Numbered from the stretch's first letter, positions 18,816 to 28,766 are shown. The stretch: 64,000 nucleotides of DNA from Patescibacteria group bacterium (GCA_038065455.1 JBBTQX010000008.1:4257-68256), one strand, 5' to 3'. Notes: generated by a model from the sequence alone, not told the origin. Numbers and translations: made by a program.

Positions 18816-19724
18816 ATGACCGAGAAAACGAATATAAATAAAATCACCTGGATTCGTATCCTCTCCCCTTCCGAAAAGGAAGTAAAAAGTCTGGATGGTC
18901 TTTTCAAAATTCACCCCATTATTCAGGAGGAGATCTATCGCCCATCCGACCGGAGTAAGGTGGAAAATTACGACGGCTATGTCTTCGCTGTCTATCATTT
19001 GCCCGTTTATAATCCGAAAGAGCGCACCTCCCGCCGAGTTGAGCTTGATTTCATCGCGACCAAAGATCTGCTCATTACGGTAAGCTACGAAAAAATAGAG
19101 CCGCTCCTCGAATTTGCAAAAAAACTCGAGAAAAGCGCCGAACTCAAAAAGAATATCCAAAACCCGGCTCAGCTCATTTATTACATCCTTCAGGAGGCGA
19201 ATGTTTTTTCTTTGCGGCAGTTGCGCCACGTGGAAGAAAAGGTGAAAAATGTCGGAAAAGAACTCTTTAAGCATCCCGACCAGGAACTTCTGGAAGAGAT
19301 ATCGCACATCAAAAGAGACTTATTAGAATTCGGCATAATCGCCGCCGCCCAAAAAACCACCTTGGAATCTTTAATCCATGTGGGCACCGGCTTCTGGGGC
19401 CAAAGTATGAAAGTTTATTTTTCGGACCTGCTGGGCGATTTTTTGAAGACACACTATCTTCTGGAAAATCTCCGCGCCACCATCATCTCATACAGCGAAA
19501 CGATCTCGGAAATCTTCCAATTTAACACCTCAAACATTGTCCGGCGCTTTTCCATTCTCGGCTTTTTGAGCTTTCCCCTTCTTCTTTTCGCCACGATTAC
19601 GCTTCAACCGGAAATCGCCCCCACGCTCTTTGCAAACCCGCTGGAATTCTGGCTCATCTTCGCACTCATCTTTATGGTAATGGTCTGGATTCTGATGATT
19701 TTCAGGAGGAAGAAGTGGTTTTAG
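18816..19724 (+). CDS. CorA-like divalent cation transporter with a non-canonical GMN position
   Basis: Two C-terminal TM helices and a terminal RRKKWF as in CorA (KKKKWL). The MPEL-like QPEIAP is present, but G-M-N is replaced by T-L-Q. Confidence 0.5.
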   Translation: MTEKTNINKITWIRILSPSEKEVKSLDGLFKIHPIIQEEIYRPSDRSKVENYDGYVFAVYHLPVYNPKERTSRRVELDFIATKDLLITVSYEKIEPLLEFAKKLEKSAELKKNIQNPAQLIYYILQEANVFSLRQLRHVEEKVKNVGKELFKHPDQELLEEISHIKRDLLEFGIIAAAQKTTLESLIHVGTGFWGQSMKVYFSDLLGDFLKTHYLLENLRATIISYSETISEIFQFNTSNIVRRFSILGFLSFPLLLFATITLQPEIAPTLFANPLEFWLIFALIFMVMVWILMIFRRKKWF

Positions 19725-19732
19725 AAAAAACA

Positions 19733-19761
19733 GACCCCATCGATTATTGATGGGGTTTTTA
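19733..19761. terminator. bidirectional rho-independent terminator
   Basis: ccccatc-gattatt-gatgggg followed by ttttt, between convergent genes. Confidence 0.65.
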
Positions 19762-19768
19762 GAACTTT

Positions 19769-20695
19769 TTATTTTAGAGGTATTTGCCAATCTACCTGAA
19801 TTTCATATTCAAAACCAAAACCACAGGTTTTCTCGGCATCCAGAATCACATCCACGCATTTTTTCAGTTCAATAAAAACTCCTTTCGTCGAATATTCCAT
19901 AAGCGGCGCGATGACACGAAGAATTTGGGAAGTATCTTTGCATTCTTTGGATTTAATCCAGGCATGGAGGAATATTTCCCCCACATTAACCAGATAATCA
20001 TAATGATTATCGAATTTATAATGTGGTAGATTGGGACCGGTATAATCCAAACCGATTCTCAGAAAATGCCTAAGCAGTCGGTTCTCCGAAGGACAATTGG
20101 ATTTAAGATAGGTTATTTCCGTCGCATTCCTGAATATATCCAAATGCATTTTGACCTCTTCTCTATCATAACTTGGCTTTAAAGAACAGAGAAAATCGAA
20201 AAGTTCATCGGCCTCTTCTTCATTTTTTGTCGAATGATAACAAGTGGATATGCTCAAAAGAGCTTTTTCTTTGGTCTTAGGCATCCAAAAAGATACGCCA
20301 TTACTAACCGGAATTCTAAAATACATCTTCTGGACGGCTTTCGCTCTGCAACTTCCCAGCGACAAATAACTTCGATTTTCATCTGAATCAACCCATGCTT
20401 GAATAAGCCAATCGAGAAACAACTGGCCTTTTTCGTCATTATTCTTCTCACAAGCAAGATCAAACCATTTGCATATCAAATCGACACGCTGGAGAGGATC
20501 GAGATCTTTCAAGGTCTTATAAGCCTCAAAATGGCCACTAAAAATAAGGTTATCAACGAAAGATTCCATACAAACCATCCTTTCTTTCCGGCCGCAGCCA
20601 GTATTACCCTTCCTCGCAAGGAACGGCTTCGGAAAATACCCGCGGGCATTCCCGAATTTTTTAAAATTGCGCCTTGGAGATTTTCCCCTCGGCAT
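19769..20695 (-). CDS. hypothetical protein (no recognisable domain)
   Basis: 308-aa ORF, preceded by a copy of the YerC-associated palindrome. Confidence 0.4.
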   Translation of the reverse strand: MPRGKSPRRNFKKFGNARGYFPKPFLARKGNTGCGRKERMVCMESFVDNLIFSGHFEAYKTLKDLDPLQRVDLICKWFDLACEKNNDEKGQLFLDWLIQAWVDSDENRSYLSLGSCRAKAVQKMYFRIPVSNGVSFWMPKTKEKALLSISTCYHSTKNEEEADELFDFLCSLKPSYDREEVKMHLDIFRNATEITYLKSNCPSENRLLRHFLRIGLDYTGPNLPHYKFDNHYDYLVNVGEIFLHAWIKSKECKDTSQILRVIAPLMEYSTKGVFIELKKCVDVILDAEKTCGFGFEYEIQVDWQIPLK

Positions 20696-20737
20696 TTAAT
20701 TACTACACCCGCAAGCCTATACCCGTCAACACAACAC

Positions 20738-20765
20738 TAGGTGCTATCGTCAACTATAGCACCAT
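20738..20765. promoter_or_regulatory. palindromic box ctaggtgctatcgtcaactatagcacca (copy 1), candidate operator
   Basis: Near-identical to copy 2 at 21196..21223. Inverted repeat gtgctat(a/c)g-tcaac-tatagcac. Located between the yerC-like stop and the next gene's start. Confidence 0.4.
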
Positions 20766-21164
20766 TTATTTAGACCTATTGACCGCCGCCCGAATCCGAC
20801 TAGCCTGTCCGGAAAGTGCGAATATGCCAGAATGACTGCTTTTATTCTTTGTTTTATCAGATTGTATTAAGCTGTTTTTTCTACGAACGACCGGTTTTTT
20901 GGTCAAATTACTTTTTACGAAACTGATGGTGTTCGGACCCACATCAATAATTTCTCCAATAGACCGATAACTCAATCCTTGCTTAAGAAGGATGGGTATT
21001 GCCAACCGTTTTTCCAATATAGCCAATTCCTTTGCCGTGAAAAATTTCTTCAGATTCAAGACTAGGGACTCTTCCGAACCCGACTGCTTCACGACATCAA
21101 CGAAGTTTTTCCAAGCTTTACTGCTTAGTTCCTTATTGAGATGTTTTTTAATCACGTTAGCCAT
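20766..21164 (-). CDS. TrpR-like (YerC/YecD family) DNA-binding protein
   Basis: LAILEKRLAIPILLKQGLSYRSIGEIIDVGPNTISFVKSNL is the HTH of the TrpR/YerC family. Confidence 0.7.
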   Translation of the reverse strand: MANVIKKHLNKELSSKAWKNFVDVVKQSGSEESLVLNLKKFFTAKELAILEKRLAIPILLKQGLSYRSIGEIIDVGPNTISFVKSNLTKKPVVRRKNSLIQSDKTKNKSSHSGIFALSGQASRIRAAVNRSK

Positions 21165-21195
21165 GTGTTTTCATTAAAATTATATCACATTTCGA

Positions 21196-21223
21196 CTAGG
21201 TGCTATAGTCAACTATAGCACCA
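21196..21223. promoter_or_regulatory. palindromic box ctaggtgctatagtcaactatagcacca (copy 2) in the yerC-like promoter region
   Basis: Perfect 8-bp arms. A third partial copy ctaggtgac lies at 21231. Confidence 0.4.
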
Positions 21224-21295
21224 TAAATTAACTAGGTGACGAAATGTACAGAGGTTTGATAACCTTATTCAAAAGCTTTAATCTATATAGAATCG

Positions 21296-22744
21296 ATGAA
21301 AATTTTCAACACTCTAACGAGAAAAAAAGATGAAATTATAAAGACCGAAGGCCAGCCGCTTCATCTTTTCGTCTGCGGACCGACGGTCTACGACTACTCC
21401 CATATCGGCCACGCCCGCACCTATATCGTCTTCGATACCTTCGTCCGTTGGCTCCGGCATGCCAATCTGCCGGTCTTCTACCTCCAGAATATCACGAATG
21501 TGGATGATAGAATTATCGCTCGGGCAAAAGAAGAAAACAATAATCCCATAAAGCTCGCCGATTTCTTCTATAGTGCCCATCTGAAGGATATGAAAGCACT
21601 CGGCATCGATTCGGTGGATAAATACGCTCCGGCGACCGATTTCATTCCCGATATCGTAAAACAGGTGAAAACGCTTCTGGAAAAAGGTTTCGCCTACGAA
21701 ATTGCGGACGACGGCATCTATTTCGACGTGGCGAAATTTCCGGAATACGGGAAACTTTCCGGCCGCACCGCAGCCCAGGCCGAAGATTCGATATCGCGAA
21801 TAGACGAAAGCGTGAAAAAACGGAATAAGGCGGACTTCGCGCTCTGGAAATTCCCAAAGACAATTATTCCGAATACTTTTCTCAATAAATTCCGCAGATT
21901 CATCATCACCCGCGACGGCGAACCGGTCTGGCGCACCGAGCTCGGCTGGGGCCGGCCCGGCTGGCATATCGAGGACACGGCAATATCGGAGCGCTACTTC
22001 GGCCCGCAATACGATATTCACGGCGGCGGCATAGATATAAAATTCCCCCATCACGAAGCGGAGATCGCCCAGCAGGAAACGGCCTCGGGCAAAAAGCCGT
22101 TCGTGAAGATATGGATGCACGCCGGCCATCTGACGATAAACGGAAAGAAAATGTCCAAGAGCCTAGGGAACTTCATCACCATCCGCGACGCGCTTCAAAA
22201 ATATTCGCCGGATATTCTCCGCTGGTTCTTCCTCTCCGCGCATTACCGGACGCCGTTGGACTACTCGCCCGAATCAGCGGATCAGATAAAAACTATTTAT
22301 AATCGAACGGGAATATTCATCGAAAAACTTGCGCGCGCCGCCGCGATGAAGACGGTAAAAAAGAATGCGGCGGAATTAAATACCGCTGAATCGATTCTAA
22401 AAGCCTCCGATGAATTTGGAAAAGCAATGAATGACGATTTTAACACTCCTCTGGCGCTCGCTTCCCTTCTCGGTCTCGCGGGCATTTTCCAGGAACGGAT
22501 TTGGAAATTAGCGCCGAAGGATGCCTCAGAAATCAAACGATTTTTGGAAAACAGCTTCAAAACTCTCGGTATCGGATTCAAAACCGGAAAGATACCCCAA
22601 AATGCAAGAAAACTGGCCGAGGAACGCGAGTTATACAGAGGCCGTAAACAGTTTGTCCAATCCGACGCCTTGAGGGAGAAAATCCGCGTGCTAGGATATG
22701 AAGTAGACGATACGCCCGAAGGACCGTTTATATACAAAGAGTAA
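21296..22744 (+). CDS. cysS: cysteinyl-tRNA synthetase
   Basis: HIGHARTY (HIGH motif) and KMSKSLGN (KMSKS). Confidence 0.93.
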   Translation: MKIFNTLTRKKDEIIKTEGQPLHLFVCGPTVYDYSHIGHARTYIVFDTFVRWLRHANLPVFYLQNITNVDDRIIARAKEENNNPIKLADFFYSAHLKDMKALGIDSVDKYAPATDFIPDIVKQVKTLLEKGFAYEIADDGIYFDVAKFPEYGKLSGRTAAQAEDSISRIDESVKKRNKADFALWKFPKTIIPNTFLNKFRRFIITRDGEPVWRTELGWGRPGWHIEDTAISERYFGPQYDIHGGGIDIKFPHHEAEIAQQETASGKKPFVKIWMHAGHLTINGKKMSKSLGNFITIRDALQKYSPDILRWFFLSAHYRTPLDYSPESADQIKTIYNRTGIFIEKLARAAAMKTVKKNAAELNTAESILKASDEFGKAMNDDFNTPLALASLLGLAGIFQERIWKLAPKDASEIKRFLENSFKTLGIGFKTGKIPQNARKLAEERELYRGRKQFVQSDALREKIRVLGYEVDDTPEGPFIYKE

Positions 22745-22755
22745 TTTAACCAATT

Positions 22756-24129
22756 ATGCCTGAAAGAAAATCTGTAAAAAAATCTTCGGAATTGAAGCTC
22801 CCGCCGCAGGATTTGGAATCCGAACGCTCCGTTTTGGGCGCGCTCCTTTTGGACAAGAACGCGGTAATCCAAGTCGCCGACTCCATCGCACCTTCGGATT
22901 TCTACGAAACGAAAAATCAGCGGGTCTACGAAGCCGTTCTGGAACTCTTCAGTAAAGGGGAACCGATTGATATTCTGACGGTCTCCCATATTCTCAAGGA
23001 AAAGAAAGAACTCGCTTCGATCGGCGGCGTGGAATACCTGACGGAACTTGTTTCGTCTACGCCGACCTCGGCCCACGTGAGCCACTATGCCAATATTGTA
23101 AAGGAACAGCGGGTGCGCCGCGACCTCATCCAGGCCGCCTTTGAAATAAATGAAAGGACCTTCGACGAGAGGAATTTCGAAGACCTTCTCGAATCCGTCG
23201 AGCAAAAAATATTCAGCATCTCCCAGCGCTCGCGTCCGCAAAAATTCGTCCAATTGAAAGACGAATTGCCCGCCGCCTATGAGCGCCTGGAGAAACTTCA
23301 TCAGGGCGAGAAGGGCACGCTCCGCGGCGTCGCCACCCAATTCACCGAATTGGACAATATGCTCTCCGGGCTCCAACCCTCCGACCTTATTATCTTGGGC
23401 GCCCGGCCTTCTTACGGAAAAACCTCGCTTGTATTGGATATTGCGAGGCAGGCCGCCACGGTTAGCAAAAAATCCGTGGCAATATTCTCGATTGAAATGT
23501 CCCGCGAACAGATAATCGATCGGCTCATTTCCGGCCAGGCCCAGATTCCCCTCTGGCGGCTTCGAACCGGCCGATTGAACGACGAAATGGAATTCTCGCT
23601 GGTCCAGCAGGCTCTCGATGAACTCTCCAAATCGAGGATTTTCATCGATGACACCGCTTCCCCTACCCTCCTTCAAATGCGCTCCATGGCTCGCCGACTC
23701 CAAATCGAGCATGGCATCGACCTTATTATCATCGACTATCTCCAACTCATTCAGCCGAGAACTTCTTCCGACAATATCGTTCAGCAGGTAACCGAAATTT
23801 CCCGGGGACTGAAAGCGCTCGCCCGAGAATTGAATGTTCCCGTTCTCGCCGTCTCCCAGCTTTCGCGCGACGTCGAAAAACGGGAGGTGAAAATTCCCCG
23901 CCTCTCCGACTTGCGGGAATCCGGCAGTTTGGAACAGGACGCCGATGTTGTGCTCCTTATATATCGCAAAGACCGCGACCGCTTGGACACTCCCGAAAGC
24001 GACAAAAATATCACCGAGATAATTATCGCCAAGCACCGGAACGGCCCGGTCGGAAGCATAAAACTTATGTTCGACCCGGAAAAAGTCGGATTCAAAAATC
24101 TCGACAACCGGCATTCCATCGAGCAATGA
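22756..24129 (+). CDS. dnaB: replicative DNA helicase DnaB
   Basis: N-terminal LPPQDLESERSVLGALL and RecA-like Walker motifs GARPSYGKTS. Confidence 0.93.
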   Translation: MPERKSVKKSSELKLPPQDLESERSVLGALLLDKNAVIQVADSIAPSDFYETKNQRVYEAVLELFSKGEPIDILTVSHILKEKKELASIGGVEYLTELVSSTPTSAHVSHYANIVKEQRVRRDLIQAAFEINERTFDERNFEDLLESVEQKIFSISQRSRPQKFVQLKDELPAAYERLEKLHQGEKGTLRGVATQFTELDNMLSGLQPSDLIILGARPSYGKTSLVLDIARQAATVSKKSVAIFSIEMSREQIIDRLISGQAQIPLWRLRTGRLNDEMEFSLVQQALDELSKSRIFIDDTASPTLLQMRSMARRLQIEHGIDLIIIDYLQLIQPRTSSDNIVQQVTEISRGLKALARELNVPVLAVSQLSRDVEKREVKIPRLSDLRESGSLEQDADVVLLIYRKDRDRLDTPESDKNITEIIIAKHRNGPVGSIKLMFDPEKVGFKNLDNRHSIEQ

Positions 24130-24148
24130 TCCCGTTAGAGACATTTCT

Positions 24149-24412
24149 ATGTATTACAATTACGTTTTAAGAAGCAAAAAAGATGGGAAATGGTATACTG
24201 GCTACACGAATGATCTACGGAAGCGCTTTAGCCAGCACAATAGCGATAAATTCCCTCAATGGACCAAAAATCGGGGTCCTTTTGAAATCATATACTATGA
24301 AGCCTGCAAAGATCTGCAAGATGCAAGGTCGAGGGAATATTATCTAAAAACAGGAATGGGTAAACGTTATATCAAAAATAGGTTAAAGCGCTTCCTGTCT
24401 CTAACGGGATGA
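24149..24412 (+). CDS. GIY-YIG nuclease family protein (UPF0213-like)
   Basis: YYNYVLRSKKDGKWYTGYTNDLRKRFSQH shows GIY..YIG spacing. Confidence 0.75.
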   Translation: MYYNYVLRSKKDGKWYTGYTNDLRKRFSQHNSDKFPQWTKNRGPFEIIYYEACKDLQDARSREYYLKTGMGKRYIKNRLKRFLSLTG

Positions 24413-25005
24413 TTCCGAAACCGATAAAGAAATTCATCGATGCCTTTTCCCAACTGCCCGCTCTGGGGCCGCGCCAGGCCACCCGGCTTGCTTTCTATCT
24501 CACTTCCCTTCCCAAAGCGACGCTCCACGAATTGGAAATGTCGCTTAAGGGACTGAAGGATTTGGGCCGATGTGAACGGTGCTTTTTTCTCAAAGAGAAT
24601 GAATTAAAAGTTTGTCGGATTTGCGGCGACCCCAAGCGGGATAAGGAAATAATCGCGATTATCGAGAAAGAAACGGATCTGCTTTCGCTCGAAAAGCTCG
24701 GCGCCTATACCGGCCACTACTTCATTTTGGGAAAACTGGCCGAAAAGGGCGTGCTCGAGATCGCCCAAAAACTAAGACTGGAACATTTGAAATCACGGAT
24801 AAAAAGCGAGGGTGGTATCATAAAAGAGTTGATTATCGCCCTTAATCCCAGTGCCATCGGGGATTTCACCGCCGATATGATAAAGCGGGAATTCAGAGAA
24901 TTAGCCGGTAAGATTACCCGCTTGAGCCGCGGACTCCCGACCGGCGGAGAGATAGAGTTCGCCGACGAAAGTACGCTCGAAAGCTCGTTTGAGCATAGAG
25001 AATAA
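24409..25005 (+). CDS. recR: recombination protein RecR
   Basis: LPALGPRQATRLAFYL (HhH), CxxC zinc finger and Toprim. Confidence 0.9.
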   Translation: MIPKPIKKFIDAFSQLPALGPRQATRLAFYLTSLPKATLHELEMSLKGLKDLGRCERCFFLKENELKVCRICGDPKRDKEIIAIIEKETDLLSLEKLGAYTGHYFILGKLAEKGVLEIAQKLRLEHLKSRIKSEGGIIKELIIALNPSAIGDFTADMIKREFRELAGKITRLSRGLPTGGEIEFADESTLESSFEHRE

Positions 25006-25011
25006 TAAAAA

Positions 25012-25032
25012 CTCCCCGAATTGGGGATTTTT
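25012..25032. terminator. weak bidirectional terminator hairpin
   Basis: tcccc-gaatt-gggga followed by ttttt, between recR and rplU. Confidence 0.4.
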
Positions 25033-25342
25033 ATTTAATTTCTTTTATCTTAAGTTCCGTGAAAGGCTGGCGGTGCGTCTTGAATTTCCGGTATCTCGTT
25101 TTGGAGTGATAACGGAAGATTATCTTTTTGTCGTCGCGAACCTGGCCTAAAATCTCCGTCTCAACCGCCGCCCCCTTCACAAAAGGCGCGCCGATTTCGA
25201 TTTTATCGCCTTCCGCTTTGAGAAGAATTTCGTTGAATTTCAAAGCGTCGCCGGCCACCCCAGCCAGTTTTTCAACCCTGACTTTATCGCCTTCTTTCAC
25301 CTTATATTGCTTGCCTCCGGTTTGAATGACTGCGAATTTCAT
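25031..25342 (-). CDS. rplU: 50S ribosomal protein L21
   Basis: MKFAVIQTGGKQYKVKEGDKV is the L21 N-terminus. Confidence 0.92.
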   Translation of the reverse strand: MKFAVIQTGGKQYKVKEGDKVRVEKLAGVAGDALKFNEILLKAEGDKIEIGAPFVKGAAVETEILGQVRDDKKIIFRYHSKTRYRKFKTHRQPFTELKIKEIK

Positions 25343-25421
25343 AACTTCCTAAAGATACCAAACCCCCTAAAAAAAATCCAGCCCTTTGCGGGGCCGGATA
25401 TTTTTCCTCCAAAAGAAGAAA

Positions 25422-26102
25422 TTAGTGCTCGGTATGCTCCCGCAATTTGCCGATAAGGGATGCCGCGTAATCCTTGCCGCCCAAGCCGAAGGCCAAGCCA
25501 AAAGCCAAAGCGAGCATCGCGATCAAACCCGTTATCAAAGCATTCACCACCGCCACAGCGATTCCCAACTGGGAGAAAGCCGCGAGCAAACCAAAGATTA
25601 TGACTGCCCACCACGTAAGCGAAGCTAAAAACCCGGCGCCATGCAAATGAGCGCTTTTTACCGAAGCGCGCACCACGTTGCGCAAGAAATGGCCGATTAC
25701 GAAAGCGGCAAGCATAATCAATACCGCCACGATTACATTCGGAATATATATCAGAATATCTCTCAAAAAACCGGAAAGCGAGTAGAAACCCAGAATGTCG
25801 GTTGCCGCCAATGCGAAAACGACGACTAGGAACCAATAAACCAGTTTCCGAAAGAATTTTCCGCTATTTACGGTCATATTGGCGCGTTCAAAATACTCCT
25901 GAAGTCCGAGACTCACGAGCAACTTGTCCAATTTGATAAAGTTGACTAGTTTCTCCACGAGCGCTCCAATACCAGCCGCCACAATCAATCCGATAATAAG
26001 GATGACTAAAGCGCCTACTATGCTCGCGAGAGTGCTGATGAAACCGAACCAAAGATTCTGCATAGAACCCACTACGACCGAAGCCCAATCTTGAATGAAC
26101 AT
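25422..26102 (-). CDS. polytopic membrane protein (conserved TM-helix repeat, MscS-associated-like)
   Basis: Several TM helices. Resembles the conserved TM_helix family. No catalytic motif. Confidence 0.4.
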   Translation of the reverse strand: MFIQDWASVVVGSMQNLWFGFISTLASIVGALVILIIGLIVAAGIGALVEKLVNFIKLDKLLVSLGLQEYFERANMTVNSGKFFRKLVYWFLVVVFALAATDILGFYSLSGFLRDILIYIPNVIVAVLIMLAAFVIGHFLRNVVRASVKSAHLHGAGFLASLTWWAVIIFGLLAAFSQLGIAVAVVNALITGLIAMLALAFGLAFGLGGKDYAASLIGKLREHTEH

Positions 26103-26223
26103 AATTTAGATTTAATTTAAATACCGACCTTTATTTGATACGTGAAGTTATTATAGCAAAAAAGCCCTATTGAAGCTATAAAAATATCGGAAGGTGTCTT
26201 GAGCGGGGGTCGGGGTTTTCGTT

Positions 26224-26297
26224 TGGTGGACCTGGGGGGAATCGAACCCCCGACTCGGCAATGCGAATGCCGCGTAATACCACTTTACTACAGGCCC
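26224..26297 (-). tRNA. tRNA-Ala (CGC), CCA encoded
   Basis: Manual cloverleaf: G3:U70 identity pair, anticodon loop UUCGCAU, T-arm GGGGGTTCGATTCCCCC, terminal CCA. Confidence 0.85.
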
Positions 26298-26333
26298 ATA
26301 AGGAACAGGGGAAATCCCGGCTCCAATATTTTG

Positions 26334-26404
26334 TCGGGATGCCGGGAATTGAACCCGGTCTACACGCACCCGAAGCGTGCGTACTACCGACATACTCCAT
26401 CCCG
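26334..26404 (-). tRNA. tRNA-Pro (CGG), CCA not encoded
   Basis: Cloverleaf with anticodon loop UUCGGGU (G37), T-arm CCGGGTTCAATTCCCGG, discriminator A followed by AAA. Confidence 0.8.
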
Positions 26405-26417
26405 AAGTTTCCTTATG

Positions 26418-26861
26418 CTACTCCTTGCTTACTTTCTTTTCAATCGTTTCCAGCCTGTCGGATATCTTATGGAGTTCCTTATGAATCAAAGAAAGAGAGC
26501 CCGCTTCTTCCGTCACCTCTTCCTCTGTTTTCTCGGCTACCTTCTTCTCGTGCTTGATGCCGGAAATGATTATATGATCGCCGATGAAACTCGCGACGAA
26601 GAGCCCGGTTATAAGAAGAATAATCACGCCGACAACCAAAGAAATAAATCCATCCAGGAAAAAAGGATAATCAATGGTGCCGAGAACGGCCTCCGAGCCG
26701 CCGCGGATATAGTAGGCGGAAAGAAAATCGGCTGTGTGCCATATGCCCCGCCAGACAAGCACGGTTCCTATTCCCCCTATCACGCCGTAAAAAATGGGGT
26801 GATGACTCAAGAAACCCCGGACCTTATCTTCAAGCTTGTCGAAAAATTTGATGATTTTCAT
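26418..26861 (-). CDS. membrane protein, hypothetical
   Basis: Two or three TM helices and an acidic coiled-coil tail. Confidence 0.4.
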   Translation of the reverse strand: MKIIKFFDKLEDKVRGFLSHHPIFYGVIGGIGTVLVWRGIWHTADFLSAYYIRGGSEAVLGTIDYPFFLDGFISLVVGVIILLITGLFVASFIGDHIIISGIKHEKKVAEKTEEEVTEEAGSLSLIHKELHKISDRLETIEKKVSKE

Positions 26862-26862
26862 A

Positions 26863-28338
26863 TTACTTCACATAATACTTGCTCTTCATCTTCTCTTCAA
26901 CTCCGGACTCGAACTCTTCTTTGGTTTCTTTGGCTTTTTTCGCCATTTCATCGAGCACCTTATCCGAAAGACTGCCTAAATCTTCCACGCGCGTTTTTAG
27001 ATATTCCTTGTCGTTCTTCTTCGGCTCATCGAGCACCTCTTCGAGAAGAATGCCAAGAATCTTGCCGATCTTGGGGCACGGCTCGATTTTCAATATTTTC
27101 ATAACATCATCTCCCCGCACTTTGAGCAATTTGGGATGGATTGGATCGTGTTTCACTTTTTCTATCATAAAAAGGAGATGGCGGAGTTTGTACGGAAAAG
27201 CCTTCGGGACGCCCGAACCGATGCGGTCCGCTTCCCGCACTTTCAAAAGGTCATCGATATTTTCCGGCCCCACTCGCGAAAGGAAGCGCCGAACGCCCGC
27301 GGCCGTCACTTCGCCGACGTTGTAGTAAAAAAGATGATTGCGGACCAGGTGGCTCACTTTATCCACGGTCTCCTTCGAGAAGCGGAGATTATCCAGAATC
27401 TTTACCGCCATCCGCGCGCCGACCACTTCATGGTTGTAAAAAGTGGAATCAGGACCGTCGCCGCCCTTGGTCCGAGGTTTTCCCACGTCGTGCAAGAGCG
27501 AAGCAAGCCGAACGATAAACGAATAGTTTTTTTCGGCGGTGTAGTTCAAGGCCCGCACGTTATGGTCGAAAACCGTATAGATATGGTGCTTATTCTGCCC
27601 GCAACCGATTCCCTCCCGAAGCTCCGGCATAATATGCTTCAAAAGGCCGGTATCCTCCAGAAGGATTATCCCTTCGGCCGCTCGGGGCGCCATAATTATT
27701 TTGGCGAGCTCATCTTGAATGCGCTCCTTTGCAATCATCTGGAGCAGGCCGCTCTGATTTTTCACGGCTTTGAGCGTCGCTTCATCTATGCCGAAACCGA
27801 GCTCGACGGAAAATCTCACCACGCGCATCAAACGCAAGGCGTCTTCTTCGAAGCGCTTGTCGGGATTGCCCACGGTCTTCACGATTTTATCCTTCAAATC
27901 TTTCTGGCCGCCGTAAGGATCAATAATATTCTTCTCTTCCACGCCGAGCGCCATCGCGTTAACGGTAAAGTCGCGCCGGCCCAAATCCTCCTCGATGGTT
28001 TTTGCGAACTTCACTTCGTCGGGATGCCGCTTATCGCTATACTTCCCTTCCAGCCGGAAGGTGGTCACCTCCACGATTTTCAGCTTCTCATCCTTGGAAT
28101 CGGTTTTTACGCCTACTGTGCCAAAACTGTTCTCATAAACGCTGTCGGAAAATATTTTTTGCACCTCCGCCGGCGTCGCATCCGTCGCGATATCCCAATC
28201 CTTTGGTTCGACAAGCTCACCATGAACGGTTCTACGCAAAAGGTCGCGCACGCAGCCGCCCACCAGATAGGCCTGGTGGCCGTTTTTTTCCAGCTCTTTG
28301 GCGATGGTTTTCGCTTCCTTGGGAATCTTCAGCTCCAT
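26863..28338 (-). CDS. cca: CCA-adding tRNA nucleotidyltransferase (PolA-head + HD domain)
   Basis: GGCVRDLLRR..DWDIATDATP head motif and HD domain (HDVGK). Confidence 0.85.
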   Translation of the reverse strand: MELKIPKEAKTIAKELEKNGHQAYLVGGCVRDLLRRTVHGELVEPKDWDIATDATPAEVQKIFSDSVYENSFGTVGVKTDSKDEKLKIVEVTTFRLEGKYSDKRHPDEVKFAKTIEEDLGRRDFTVNAMALGVEEKNIIDPYGGQKDLKDKIVKTVGNPDKRFEEDALRLMRVVRFSVELGFGIDEATLKAVKNQSGLLQMIAKERIQDELAKIIMAPRAAEGIILLEDTGLLKHIMPELREGIGCGQNKHHIYTVFDHNVRALNYTAEKNYSFIVRLASLLHDVGKPRTKGGDGPDSTFYNHEVVGARMAVKILDNLRFSKETVDKVSHLVRNHLFYYNVGEVTAAGVRRFLSRVGPENIDDLLKVREADRIGSGVPKAFPYKLRHLLFMIEKVKHDPIHPKLLKVRGDDVMKILKIEPCPKIGKILGILLEEVLDEPKKNDKEYLKTRVEDLGSLSDKVLDEMAKKAKETKEEFESGVEEKMKSKYYVK

Positions 28339-28422
28339 ACATCCATTCTAAGCGACCTTGAAAGATTTTCCCAATGGGCGGTTTATATTTTTTTAAAGCC
28401 GGGATACAATCATTATTGAAAC

Positions 28423-28494
28423 GCCCTCATGGTGAAATGGATATCACGTCAGGCTTCGAACCTGAAACTCTAGGTTCAATTCCTAGTGAGGGCA
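28423..28494 (+). tRNA. tRNA-Arg (TCG)
   Basis: Cloverleaf GCCCTCA../..TGAGGGC-A, anticodon loop CUUCGAA, T-arm CTAGGTTCAATTCCTAG. Confidence 0.85.
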
Positions 28495-28766
28495 CACTTC
28501 GAAAATCTCAGTGCGGGCAAAACAATGAAGTTACCGAAAACATCAAATCTTTCCGTCCACAAAGCAAGAAATGGTCTTGGGGTATTTACAAGAAGACAAT
28601 TCAATAGTGGAACTATAAAAATACGCGTTAGCAAAAGAACAGATATGAGACACAGGATTTTTGGATGGATAAAAGCGTCTTTACAAGACATGAAACCGAA
28701 AGTAGAATTAAAACAAAATAAATGGATGAGGCTGACTGAGAATCAGCGTCCTCCTGCAAATTTATA

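Noticed and set aside
20399-20740. 113-aa plus-strand ORF
   Set aside because: Antisense to the 308-aa minus-strand ORF and overlaps it entirely. The minus-strand ORF is longer and is preceded by the candidate operator.
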